From positions 6,696,001 through 6,760,000 of the forward strand of contig CATNEN010000024.1 of assembly GCA_950097015.1 (NCBI GenBank): 64,000 nucleotides of DNA, read 5' to 3'. The notes below the pieces were generated by a model. It saw only the letters and a program-made list of their open reading frames with translations, was not told where the DNA came from and did not search any database. Numbering within the stretch: position 1 is the first letter of the stretch; each line of letters starts with the position of its first letter. Origin of the DNA: Macrostomum hystrix (lineage: Eukaryota; Animalia; Platyhelminthes). Both the position numbers and the translations under genes were made by a program. Shown piece after piece: positions 12,064-25,208 of the stretch.

Positions 12064-12616
12064 CAGGGGTCAGCAACCTCCGGCCCGCGGCCCGCGGGCC
12101 AGATGCGGCCCTCGAAGCTCCGACATCCGGCCCTTAGCTCCTCCTAACACCCTCTACAGTATACCTTATCTCATCTTTTCCCTGTCTCACCTCTCCCCTG
12201 TCTCATCTCTCCCCTTTATCATCTCTCCTCTGTCCCATCTCTCTTGCGTCTTATCTCCCGCGTCTCATCTCTCTTGCGTCTTATCTCCCCCCATCTCATT
12301 TCTCACCTGTCTCATCTCTCACCTGTCTCATTGTAACACACTAAAAGTGGGGAACGAACCTCGCGCTGGCAGACCGAGACCCACTCTTAGTGTGCACAGA
12401 AGTCTATTTTAAGCTAGCCATTTTTATGGCAATATTATTTAGTGTTATGTAAGAGTTTTGCAGCCAAGTCTTTGCTTTTCTACTTGCAGTAGTCTGAATT
12501 GTATCTCTCACACTCATCTCTCTCATGTCTCATATCTCCCCTTTCTTCATGTGGCCAGCCGTCGTCTTTAAGATTCTCTCTTTAGCCCGCGGGGTATATA
12601 AGGTTGCCGACCCCTG
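12064..12616 (-). mobile_element. hAT (Charlie/Buster-like) MITE, copy 1
   Basis: TIRs CAGGGGTCAGCAACCT / AGGTTGCCGACCCCTG, 8-bp TSD CTCTAGAG (12056-12063 / 12617-12624), and internal CT-rich 16-mers. Opposite orientation to the copies at 43664 and 58245. Confidence 0.9.
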
Positions 12617-13629
12617 CTCTAGAGTTATACCTAGTCAAGGCCCTAACCTAAGTTTGTCCTTAGACCAGATTTTTGCAACAGAAGAAAATGAGCAGAAGTA
12701 TCAGTGAACAGAAGCAGAAAAGGCAACAGACAAGCAGAAAAGCATAAGCACCATAATCAAAAGATGCAGAAGCTGACACAAAGACATCTGTAGTACTAAG
12801 GGCAAGAAGCATGAGACATCGCTGATATCAACATTGTGAGCGCCTTAACAAGATGCCACTTTTGAGTTTGGATTTTTTCATTTTCCCTTGTGCAATCATT
12901 TAATGTTTATAGTGTTTTGTCCAAGGAAGGTCAACACTAGTTTGTGTACTCCTAGTGGAAAGTGGGCAAGCAAGGTAATGAAATTGTAAGCCAGCTGACT
13001 CAAGTCCCTAATAGAGCAAATTTAAAAAAGCTGCGGACACTCCTGCTAGGCGCGCAGGTGCGCAGTTGGTTTTCAAGAAAGAGTGCAGATGCGCAATTGC
13101 TATATCTTCAATATTGTATCTTCAGTCTAAATATCTTCAGTCTGACTCAACATGGTATTTGATTTCGCGAAAAAATGTTGAAAGACTTTATCTCCATTGT
13201 GTATTTCTAAAATAGAACAGCTTCGTGGTGATTTTGCAAAAATACGGACGCATATACCAAAAGACCTTTTTTTGATCTCCGTAGTGTATTTCTATAATTA
13301 GTACAGCTACTAGCACACTAAGCCCCCCTTGGGGGCACTACTGTTCAGACAAAACAATCTTGTGTAATGCAGAAGGACAAAACACACCTGAAAGCAAACA
13401 AAAACAAAAACTACTATCATCAGTAATTTTTTCCCTGATTGCGAATATATGTGATTGCGATTCAACAAGAATTTGAATTCTCACTCAAATACAAAAATAG
13501 TCAGTCTGAGCTTGAATAAATTCAGAGACATCCGGTCTGTACACCAAGAGCCCCATTGGGGCAAAATTATACAAGTAACTTACATTTGGTACAACTCAGT
13601 TTAATGCTACTAAGGTACATGCAAATACT

Positions 13630-13865
13630 ATCCCCTCAGCAGTGTCTCCCCAGCAGCAGAGAACTAATGTCCCCCAAGCAGCAGAGAACTAATGTCCCCT
13701 CACTCAGTAGCAAATAATTAATGTCCCCCCGGCAGTAAATAACCAATGTCCAGCCCCCCAGCAGCAGAGAACTAATTCCCCCCAGCAGCAGAGAACTAAT
13801 TCCCCCCCAACAGCAGAGAACTAATGTCACCTCAACAGTAAATAACCAATGTCCCCCGAGCAAAG
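13630..13865. repeat. Degenerate minisatellite of about 26 bp (CCCCCAGCAGCAGAGAACTAATGT-like)
   Basis: Direct inspection. Confidence 0.75.
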
Positions 13866-13889
13866 AACCATTATTAACCATTCAACATA

Positions 13890-14550
13890 GTTAAAAACTT
13901 TTAAGCGCATTTAGAAAAGTGGTAATTATTGTACTCATTTAGAAAACTTTTGGACACATTTAGAAAATTGTTAAACACATTAAGAAAACTGTTAAACACA
14001 TTCAGAAAACTTTTAAACACATTTAGAAAACTGCTGGACACATTTAGAAAAACTATTTACACCTTAGAAATATAAAAAAAGATTTAGAAAACTGTTATTA
14101 AACACATTTAGAAAACAGTTAAAACATTTAGAAAACTCCTTAACACATTTAGAAACTGTTAAACACATTTAGAAAACTTGTTAAACACACTTAGAAAACG
14201 GTTTAAAGCACATTTAGAAAAACTATTTACACCTTACAAATATTAAAAAAATTTAGAAAACTGTTATTAAACACATTTAGAAAACAGTTAAAACATTTAG
14301 AAAACTCCTTAACACACTTAGAAATCTTTTAGACACATTTAGAAAATGGTAAAAGACATTTAGAAAACTGTTAAACACATTTAGAAAACTTGTTAAACAC
14401 ACTTAGGAAATGGTTAAACACATAAGGAAAAACTGTAAAACATTAAAAAATGTTGTTACACCATTTTAGAAAACTGTTAAGCACATTTAGAAAACTGTTG
14501 GACACAATTAAAAACCTGTTAAACACATTTAGAAAACTGTTGGACACTTT
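13890..14550. repeat. Degenerate minisatellite of about 21 bp (TTAGAAAACTGTTAAACACAT)n
   Basis: Direct inspection. Confidence 0.9.
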
Positions 14551-14723
14551 TCTCAATTGAAATTGAGAAAAGGTTTGATGATTTATATATATTGTAGTAA
14601 GAAAGGAGTATATGTCTCGCTTGAATTTAGAAATATATCATTGAATTTAAGTCTGCTATGTATATTTTACTTATTTGAACAAACACACACACACACACAC
14701 GGGTGAGAAAAGCTCTGATGTAA

Positions 14724-17700
14724 TCTATATATATAAAAGTGAAAACTCTGTCTGTCTGTCTGTCTGTGTGTGTGTGTGTGTGTGTGTGTGCAACCTTTTG
14801 TCTTTATAGACGCCGAAACCGCTCAACTAAATCGCACCAAACTTTGCACATACCTAAAACCACCTACGCTGAGTGCAATAGGCTACTCAAATTCCCAAAA
14901 AGTCATTTCCTTCCTGCTCAAAAGTGCAAAAAACTGCTCAAAAATCGTCAAAAAATCACTCAATTCGACATATCGTCGCCCCACTTTGTCAGATTTTCTC
15001 CAAGTCTGATCCACTTACACTTTACATGTTTTCCAACAATGCTGTCAATTTTGAACATCTCTACTCAATCCAGAGCAAAGCTGCATCATCTCAAAGTGAG
15101 TCACTTTTTGTTTTCCGAGGACAGCCACCCCAACTCCCCTCCGCCACTCTGCGGGCCAAATTTTATTACAGCCACCCCCTCCCTTCCCCGGGCGCCGAAG
15201 CCCCAGACTGTACATTGTATTTCAAGCCGTGAATGTACACAGCCCAAACCCCTAGACTGTCTACTGGCCCCCAAGCAGCACTGAGACTGAGTGCGGTGAG
15301 TGCGGTGGCGTCCCAGTGCGCAGGGCTCTCCGGTTGATATTTCTCTCCAGCCAGCCTATTTCTCTCGATATGCTGACGTTGACTGGTTGTCAGAGAGGGC
15401 AATTCTGTGTCCTAGAAATGATGCCGCCAACGAAATTAACTACCAACTGCTTCAGGAGTTGCCAGGTGCAGTTTTCACCTACAAGTCAATTGATACGACG
15501 TTGACTGATGACACCGCTGTGGAGTATCCTGTTGAGTTTCTGAACTCTCTAGATCCTCCTGGAACTCCATCGCACAACTTGCAGCTGAAAGTTGGGGCAC
15601 CAATTATGCTCCTCCGCAACCTGAAGGCGCCAATGCTGTGTAACGGCATTTCCCACGGCTCAGGCGGGCGGCTCTTCCCACACGTGATTGAGGCCACGAT
15701 AATGACTGGATCTGGCAGAGGAGAGTCTGTGTTCGTTCCCCGGATTCCAATTATCCCCACGGACCTGCCATTTCAGTTCAAGCGACTGCAGTTCCCTGTG
15801 AGAGTGTGCTTTGCGATGACTATTAACAAGGCTCAGGGACAGTCGCTGAAGGTGGCTGGCATCAACCTGGAGACTCCTTGCTTCTCGCATGGGCAGCTTT
15901 ATGTCGCCTGCTCCCGTGTTGGAACTCCAGCTGGCCTATTCATTTTCGCACCAAGGGGAAGAACGAAGAATGTGGTGTATCCCCAGGCCTTGAGGTGACT
16001 CGCAAGCAATTAATAGAAAAGTAGTCACGAATTGACCTTGACCTGTCTAACTCTGAACTCTGAAACAGTTTAATTTTGTTTCTTTGACATTGTTATTGTT
16101 ATGCCATAGCTATTTTCCTTATGTATACGCGTGTACATGCATACTGTATACAGAGGCAGATTTAGGGGGGGGGGCGGGGGGCAGTCGCCCTCCCCAAAAT
16201 TTTAATCATGGGAATAAGATGCCCCCACCAGGGGCGCCAGTCGCAGCACTTTTTCAGCCGCTGGCTCCCGTTTTTCAGCCGCTGGCGCCCTTTCTTGGCT
16301 CCTGGCGCCCTTTTTCGGCCGCTGGCACCCCCTCCGTGATTCTCATGGCGCTCCCCTGACAGACCGCCCCAAAACAAAATTCCTGGATCTGCCACTGACT
16401 GTATAGAGGAGTGGCTAAGAGACATGTTTCTAAAGAAGTAATCAAGAGGGGGCTGTTTGGACAAACTTTTCACTTATTTTTTACTTAAAACGCCCTTAAA
16501 CAAACTCTTCACTTTTCATTAATGCAGTAAATAAATAAATGGTGACCGTCACTATAAAGTTAATGCAGAGACGTGAATTGCTTACTGCTTTGCTTTAAAT
16601 TTCTGCCCCAAAAACAACGGGCAAAAAAAGCTTGTCTATTTATAAATTCGCACTGACTGTCTTGCCAGTGGGGTTGACATGGCTATGTACATTTGACACA
16701 GTGAAATTCTTATCAGTGTACTTTATTTTAACAAAACTGGCCCTGATGCAATCATTAAAATTGGCAGTGGAATGCATGTTGACAAAACCTGGCTCGAATT
16801 GAATGCATTAAAAATCCTATCTAAAACAGTTTTTCGAATATTTAATCCCCTTAGCAATGAAATTTCTAATGGGGACATGTGTATAATTGTCCTCATATTT
16901 GTCATCTTTTTGTGAAGAAATGATGAAAATTGGTTGAGCCATTTGGGAGAAAATCAATTACACGCAACCAACCAGACTGCGGAGAATGTAGTTGTGTTTG
17001 TGAATAAATGTGTGCCCCTCCATCAAAAAATTTATGTAACTGTGCCTGGCTAGAATTGCACCTACATCTACATGTAATTTTATTTTAATATGTGCACAAT
17101 ATACCTAAGTGCACAATTGGGTGGATGTACGGGACAGGTGCACACTGCTATACCATGTGCACCTACATGTACATTTAAAGTATTTTATAATGTGTCATAA
17201 TGTACACATATATTTAAATGCACAAGGTGCAAGTACAGAGGCACTGGCATTCACTACTAGCATTGCATCTACATGTTCTTGCACATGTAAATGTATTACA
17301 AAATATAAATTAAAAAAAAACACAAGACATTAGTGTAGGGGCACAAGGGCGCACTGTTTTTTATACATCTACATACTTACGACAACTTTATGCACTCAAG
17401 GCGCAGCCATGCAGACAGAAACTTCTTTCTCCACAGCTGCGCAGGCAACTTTTCTCAAGCGTGCCAGACGCTGTCCGCGAAAACCCCTATTTGCTCCAAT
17501 AGGGACTCAAATCCACTGAGTGAGTGCCATGTCAAAGAGTGCTGTCTATTGCTGGCTTGAAGAGTTCAGTCATGGGCAAACAGACATTGCTGAAGACACA
17601 TCTAACTGTGGCTATCTGATCTCTCTAGCAACAAAGACACAGACTCAAAGTGCGAAAGAAATAATATAGGAAAATCCCTGTTGAACTACAAGAGAGTTGG

Positions 17701-20700
17701 GGGATCGACTGGGGAGTCCAAAAACCTCCATTCATTGGATGTTGTCTATGGATCTTGGCATAGTGAAACTGATGGTAAGATGGGTGCCCTGTTAGTTGAA
17801 AGGCAGGTTCTGTTGCACAATATTCTGTGCTAAGCTTATGGAAATCCCAGAAGTACACATTTTACCAATAAACTAAGTCCTTCAGACTGAGGGACAACTT
17901 AGTTGAAAAGTCATAAGTTGACATCAATGGTGATGCTGTGTGAATGATTCCGCTGACATTGACTTTGTGTAACTCTACCCCTTAATCTATATATATAAAA
18001 GTGAAAACTCTGTCTGTCTGTCTGTCTGTGTGTGTGTGTGTGTGTGTGTGTGCAACCTTTTGTCTTTATAGACGCCGAAACCGCTCAACTAAATCGCACC
18101 AAACTTTGCACATACCTAAAACCACCTACGCTGAGTGCAATAGGCTACTCAAATTCCCAAAAAGTCATTTCCTTCCTGCTCAAAAGTGCAAAAAACTGCT
18201 CAAAAATCGTCAAAAAATCACTCAATTCGACATATCGTCGCCCCACTTTGTCAGATTTTCTCCAAGTCTGATCCACTTACACTTTACATGTTTTCCAACA
18301 ATGCTGTCAATTTTGAACATCTCTACTCAATCCAGAGCAAAGCTGCATCATCTCAAAGTGAGTCACTTTTTGTTTTCCGAGGACAGCCACCCCAACTCCC
18401 CTCCGCCACTCTGCGGGCCAAATTTTATTACAGCCACCCCCTCCCTTCCCCGGGCGCCGAAGCCCCAGACTGTACATTGTATTTCAAGCCGTGAATGTAC
18501 ACAGCCCAAACCCCTAGACTGTCTACTGGCCCCCAAGCAGCACTGAGACTGAGTGCGGTGAGTGCGGTGGCGTCCCAGTGCGCAGGGCTCTCCGGTTGAT
18601 ATTTCTCTCCAGCCAGCCTATTTCTCTCGATATGCTGACGTTGACTGGTTGTCAGAGAGGGCAATTCTGTGTCCTAGAAATGATGCCGCCAACGAAATTA
18701 ACTACCAACTGCTTCAGGAGTTGCCAGGTGCAGTTTTCACCTACAAGTCAATTGATACGACGTTGACTGATGACACCGCTGTGGAGTATCCTGTTGAGTT
18801 TCTGAACTCTCTAGATCCTCCTGGAACTCCATCGCACAACTTGCAGCTGAAAGTTGGGGCACCAATTATGCTCCTCCGCAACCTGAAGGCGCCAATGCTG
18901 TGTAACGGCATTTCCCACGGCTCAGGCGGGCGGCTCTTCCCACACGTGATTGAGGCCACGATAATGACTGGATCTGGCAGAGGAGAGTCTGTGTTCGTTC
19001 CCCGGATTCCAATTATCCCCACGGACCTGCCATTTCAGTTCAAGCGACTGCAGTTCCCTGTGAGAGTGTGCTTTGCGATGACTATTAACAAGGCTCAGGG
19101 ACAGTCGCTGAAGGTGGCTGGCATCAACCTGGAGACTCCTTGCTTCTCGCATGGGCAGCTTTATGTCGCCTGCTCCCGTGTTGGAACTCCAGCTGGCCTA
19201 TTCATTTTCGCACCAAGGGGAAGAACGAAGAATGTGGTGTATCCCCAGGCCTTGAGGTGACTCGCAAGCAATTAATAGAAAAGTAGTCACGAATTGACCT
19301 TGACCTGTCTAACTCTGAACTCTGAAACAGTTTAATTTTGTTTCTTTGACATTGTTATTGTTATGCCATAGCTATTTTCCTTATGTATACGCGTGTACAT
19401 GCATACTGTATACAGAGGCAGATTTAGGGGGGGGGGGCGGGGGGCAGTCGCCCTCCCCAAAATTTTAATCATGGGAATAAGATGCCCCCACCAGGGGCGC
19501 CAGTCGCAGCACTTTTTCAGCCGCTGGCTCCCGTTTTTCAGCCGCTGGCGCCCTTTCTTGGCTCCTGGCGCCCTTTTTCGGCCGCTGGCACCCCCTCCGT
19601 GATTCTCATGGCGCTCCCCTGACAGACCGCCCCAAAACAAAATTCCTGGATCTGCCACTGACTGTATAGAGGAGTGGCTAAGAGACATGTTTCTAAAGAA
19701 GTAATCAAGAGGGGGCTGTTTGGACAAACTTTTCACTTATTTTTTACTTAAAACGCCCTTAAACAAACTCTTCACTTTTCATTAATGCAGTAAATAAATA
19801 AATGGTGACCGTCACTATAAAGTTAATGCAGAGACGTGAATTGCTTACTGCTTTGCTTTAAATTTCTGCCCCAAAAACAACGGGCAAAAAAAGCTTGTCT
19901 ATTTATAAATTCGCACTGACTGTCTTGCCAGTGGGGTTGACATGGCTATGTACATTTGACACAGTGAAATTCTTATCAGTGTACTTTATTTTAACAAAAC
20001 TGGCCCTGATGCAATCATTAAAATTGGCAGTGGAATGCATGTTGACAAAACCTGGCTCGAATTGAATGCATTAAAAATCCTATCTAAAACAGTTTTTCGA
20101 ATATTTAATCCCCTTAGCAATGAAATTTCTAATGGGGACATGTGTATAATTGTCCTCATATTTGTCATCTTTTTGTGAAGAAATGATGAAAATTGGTTGA
20201 GCCATTTGGGAGAAAATCAATTACACGCAACCAACCAGACTGCGGAGAATGTAGTTGTGTTTGTGAATAAATGTGTGCCCCTCCATCAAAAAATTTATGT
20301 AACTGTGCCTGGCTAGAATTGCACCTACATCTACATGTAATTTTATTTTAATATGTGCACAATATACCTAAGTGCACAATTGGGTGGATGTACGGGACAG
20401 GTGCACACTGCTATACCATGTGCACCTACATGTACATTTAAAGTATTTTATAATGTGTCATAATGTACACATATATTTAAATGCACAAGGTGCAAGTACA
20501 GAGGCACTGGCATTCACTACTAGCATTGCATCTACATGTTCTTGCACATGTAAATGTATTACAAAATATAAATTAAAAAAAAACACAAGACATTAGTGTA
20601 GGGGCACAAGGGCGCACTGTTTTTTATACATCTACATACTTACGACAACTTTATGCACTCAAGGCGCAGCCATGCAGACAGAAACTTCTTTCTCCACAGC

Positions 20701-23160
20701 TGCGCAGGCAACTTTTCTCAAGCGTGCCAGACGCTGTCCGCGAAAACCCCTATTTGCTCCAATAGGGACTCAAATCCACTGAGTGAGTGCCATGTCAAAG
20801 AGTGCTGTCTATTGCTGGCTTGAAGAGTTCAGTCATGGGCAAACAGACATTGCTGAAGACACATCTAACTGTGGCTATCTGATCTCTCTAGCAACAAAGA
20901 CACAGACTCAAAGTGCGAAAGAAATAATATAGGAAAATCCCTGTTGAACTACAAGAGAGTTGGGGGATCGACTGGGGAGTCCAAAAACCTCCATTCATTG
21001 GATGTTGTCTATGGATCTTGGCATAGTGAAACTGATGGTAAGATGGGTGCCCTGTTAGTTGAAAGGCAGGTTCTGTTGCACAATATTCTGTGCTAAGCTT
21101 ATGGAAATCCCAGAAGTACACATTTTACCAATAAACTAAGTCCTTCAGACTGAGGGACAACTTAGTTGAAAAGTCATAAGTTGACATCAATGGTGATGCT
21201 GTGTGAATGATTCCGCTGACATTGACTTTGTGTAACTCTACCCCTTAATCTATATATATAAAAGTGAAAACTCTGTCTGTCTGTCTGTCTGTGTGTGTGT
21301 GTGTGTGTGTGTGTGCAACCTTTTGTCTTTATAGACGCCGAAACCGCTCAACTAAATCGCACCAAACTTTGCACATACCTAAAACCACCTACGCTGAGTG
21401 CAATAGGCTACTCAAATTCCCAAAAAGTCATTTCCTTCCTGCTCAAAAGTGCAAAAAACTGCTCAAAAATCGTCAAAAAATCACTCAATTCGACATATCG
21501 TCGCCCCACTTTGTCAGATTTTCTCCAAGTCTGATCCACTTACACTTTACATGTTTTCCAACAATGCTGTCAATTTTGAACATCTCTACTCAATCCAGAG
21601 CAAAGCTGCATCATCTCAAAGTGAGTCACTTTTTGTTTTCCGAGGACAGCCACCCCAACTCCCCTCCGCCACTCTGCGGGCCAAATTTTATTACAGCCAC
21701 CCCCTCCCTTCCCCGGGCGCCGAAGCCCCAGACTGTACATTGTATTTCAAGCCGTGAATGTACACAGCCCAAACCCCTAGACTGTCTACTGGCCCCCAAG
21801 CAGCACTGAGACTGAGTGCGGTGAGTGCGGTGGCGTCCCAGTGCGCAGGGCTCTCCGGTTGATATTTCTCTCCAGCCAGCCTATTTCTCTCGATATGCTG
21901 ACGTTGACTGGTTGTCAGAGAGGGCAATTCTGTGTCCTAGAAATGATGCCGCCAACGAAATTAACTACCAACTGCTTCAGGAGTTGCCAGGTGCAGTTTT
22001 CACCTACAAGTCAATTGATACGACGTTGACTGATGACACCGCTGTGGAGTATCCTGTTGAGTTTCTGAACTCTCTAGATCCTCCTGGAACTCCATCGCAC
22101 AACTTGCAGCTGAAAGTTGGGGCACCAATTATGCTCCTCCGCAACCTGAAGGCGCCAATGCTGTGTAACGGCATTTCCCACGGCTCAGGCGGGCGGCTCT
22201 TCCCACACGTGATTGAGGCCACGATAATGACTGGATCTGGCAGAGGAGAGTCTGTGTTCGTTCCCCGGATTCCAATTATCCCCACGGACCTGCCATTTCA
22301 GTTCAAGCGACTGCAGTTCCCTGTGAGAGTGTGCTTTGCGATGACTATTAACAAGGCTCAGGGACAGTCGCTGAAGGTGGCTGGCATCAACCTGGAGACT
22401 CCTTGCTTCTCGCATGGGCAGCTTTATGTCGCCTGCTCCCGTGTTGGAACTCCAGCTGGCCTATTCATTTTCGCACCAAGGGGAAGAACGAAGAATGTGG
22501 TGTATCCCCAGGCCTTTAGGTGACTCGCAAGCAATTAATAGAAAAGTAGTCACGAATTGACCTTGACCTGTCTAACTCTGAACTCTGAAACAGTTTAATT
22601 TTGTTTCTTTGACATTGTTATTGTTATGCCATAGCTATTTTCCTTATGTATACGCGTGTACATGCATACTGTATACAGAGGCAGATTTAGGGGGGGGGGG
22701 CGGGGGGCAGTCGCCCCCCCCAAAATTTTAATCATGGGAATAAGATGCCCCCACCAGGGGCGCCAGTCGCAGCACTTTTTCAGCCGCTGGCTCCCGTTTT
22801 TCAGCCGCTGGCGCCCTTTCTTGGCTCCTGGCGCCCTTTTTCGGCCGCTGGCACCCCCTCCGTGATTCTCATGGCGCTCCCCTGACAGACCGCCCCAAAA
22901 CAAAATTCCTGGATCTGCCACTGACTGTATAGAGGAGTGGCTAAGAGACATGTTTCTAAAGAAGTAATCAAGAGGGGGCTGTTTGGACAAACTTTTCACT
23001 TATTTTTTACTTAAAACGCCCTTAAACAAACTCTTCACTTTTCATTAATGCAGTAAATAAATAAATGGTGACCGTCACTATAAAGTTAATGCAGAGACGT
23101 GAATTGCTTACTGCTTTGCTTTAAATTTCTGCCCCAAAAACAACGGGCAAAAAAAGCTTG
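14724..23160 (+). mobile_element. Helitron concatemer H2(14724-16634)-S(16635-17985)-H3(17986-19897)-S(19898-21248)-H4(21249-23160)
   Basis: Three near-identical Helitron copies starting A|TC at a period of 3262/3263 bp, all ending in CTTG|T rather than CTAG, separated by two near-identical 1351-bp spacers. Confidence 0.92.
17529..17795 (+). pseudogene. Degenerate mariner transposase remnant inside the spacer (second copy 20792..21058)
   Basis: Translates to MSKSAVYCWLEEFSHGQTDIAED (resembles the mariner HTH S..TV..W...F..G...ED) and later DLGIVKLMVRWVP (resembles mariner LG..KL..RWVP). Interrupted by stops or frameshifts. Confidence 0.6.
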
Positions 23161-23163
23161 TAA

Positions 23164-25208
23164 TCTATATATATAAAAGTGAAAACTCTGTCTGTCTGTG
23201 TGTGTGTGTGTGTGCAACCTTTTGTCTTTATAGACGCCGAAACCGCTCAACTAAATCGCACCAAACTTTGCACATACCTAAAACCACCTACGCTGAGTGC
23301 AATAGGCTACTCAAATTCCCGAAAAATCATATCCTTCCTGCTCAAAAGTGCAAAAAACTGCTCAAAAATCGTCAAAAAATCACTCAATTCGACATATCGT
23401 CGCCCCACTTTGTCAGATTTTCTCCAAATTTGATCCACTTACACTTTACATGTTTTCCAACAATGCTGTCAATTTTGAACATCTCTACTCAATCCAGAGC
23501 AAAGCTGCATCATCTCAAAGTGAGTCACTTTTTGTTTTCCGAGGACAGCCACCCCAACTCCCCTCCGCCACTCTGCGGGCCAAATTTTATTACAGCCACC
23601 CCCTCCCTTCCCCGGGCGCCGAAGCCCCAGACTGTACATTGTATTTCAAGCCGTGAATGTACACAGCCCAAACCCCTAAACTGTCTACTGGCCCCCAAGC
23701 AGCACTGAGACTGAGTGCGGTGAGTGCGGTGGCGTCCCAGTGTCTGTCTTTTGTCTTTATAGACGCCGAAACCGCTCAACCAAATCGCACCAAACTTTGC
23801 ACATACCTAAAACCACCTACGCTGAGTGCAATAGGCTACTCAAATTCCCGAAAAATCATTTCCTTCCTGCTCAAAAGTGCAAAAAACTGCTCAAAAATCG
23901 TCAAAAAAGCTCAAGGCAAAAGTTTACCCGAACCTGATGGTTCGATATGCTGACGTTGACTGGCTGTCAGAGAGGGCAATTCTGTGTCCTAGAAATGATG
24001 CCGCCAACGAAATTAACTACCAACTGCTTCAGGAGTTGCCAGGTGCAGTTTTCACCTACAAGTCAATTGATACAACGTTGACTGATGACACCGCTGTGGA
24101 GTATCCTGTTGAGTTTCTGAACTCTCTAGATCCTCCTGGAACTCCATCGCACAACTTGCAGCTGAAAGTTGGGGCACCAATTATGCTCCTCCGCAACCTG
24201 AATGCGCCAATGCTGTGTAACGGCACCAGACTGATAGTCAGGCGGCTCTTCCCACACGTGATTGAGGCCACGATAATGACTGGATCTGGCAGAGGAGAGT
24301 CTGTGTTCGTTCCCCAGATTCCAATTATCCCCACGGACCTGCCATTTCAGTTCAAGCGACTGCAGTTCCCTGTGAGAGTGTGCTTTGCGATGACTATTAA
24401 CAAGGCTCAGGGACAGTCGCTGAAGGTGGCTGGCATCAACCTGGAGACTCCTTGCTTCTCGCATGGGCAGCTTTATGTCGCCTGCTCCCGTGTTGGAACT
24501 CCAGCTGGCCTATTCATTTTCGCACCAAGGGGAAGAACGAAGAATGTGGTGTATCCCCAGGCCTTGAGGTGACTCGCAAGCAATTAATAGAAAAGTAGTC
24601 ACGAATTGACCTTGACCTGTCTAACTCTGAACTCTGAAACAGTTTAATTTTGTTTCTTTGACATTGTTATTGTTATGCCATAGCTATTTTCCTTATGTAT
24701 ACGCGTGTACATGCATACTGTATACAGAGGCAGATTTAGGGGGGGGGCGGGGGGTAGTTGCCTTCCCCCAAAATTTTAATCATGGGAATAAGATGCCCCC
24801 ACCAGGGGCGTCAGTCGCAGCACTTTTTCAGCCGCTGGCTCCCGTTTTTCAGCCGCTGGCGCCCTTTCTTGGCTCCTGGCGCCCTTTTTCGGCCGCTGGC
24901 ACCCCCTCCGTGATTCTCATGGCGCTCCCCTGACAGACCGCCCCAAAACAAAATTCCTGGATCTGCCACTGACTGTATAGAGGAGTGGCTAAGAGACATG
25001 TTTCTAAAGAAGTAATCAAGAGGGGGCTGTTTGGACAAACTTTTCACTTATTTTTTACTTAAAACGCCCTTAAACAAACTCTTCACTTTTCATTAATGCA
25101 GTAAATAAATAAATGGTGACCGTCACTATAAAGTGATTGCAGAGACGTGAATTGCTTACTGCTTTGCTTTAAATTTCTGCCCCAAAAACAACGGGCAAAA
25201 AAAGCTAG
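23164..25208 (+). mobile_element. Composite Helitron H5/H6: 5' segment (23164-23740), internal restart of the 5' segment (about 23741-23908), then helicase fragment, nested MITE and CTAG end
   Basis: A|TC at 23163/23164. GTCTTTTGTCTTTATAGACGCCGAAACCG recurs at about 23745. Hairpin and CTAG|T at 25205-25209. Confidence 0.88.
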
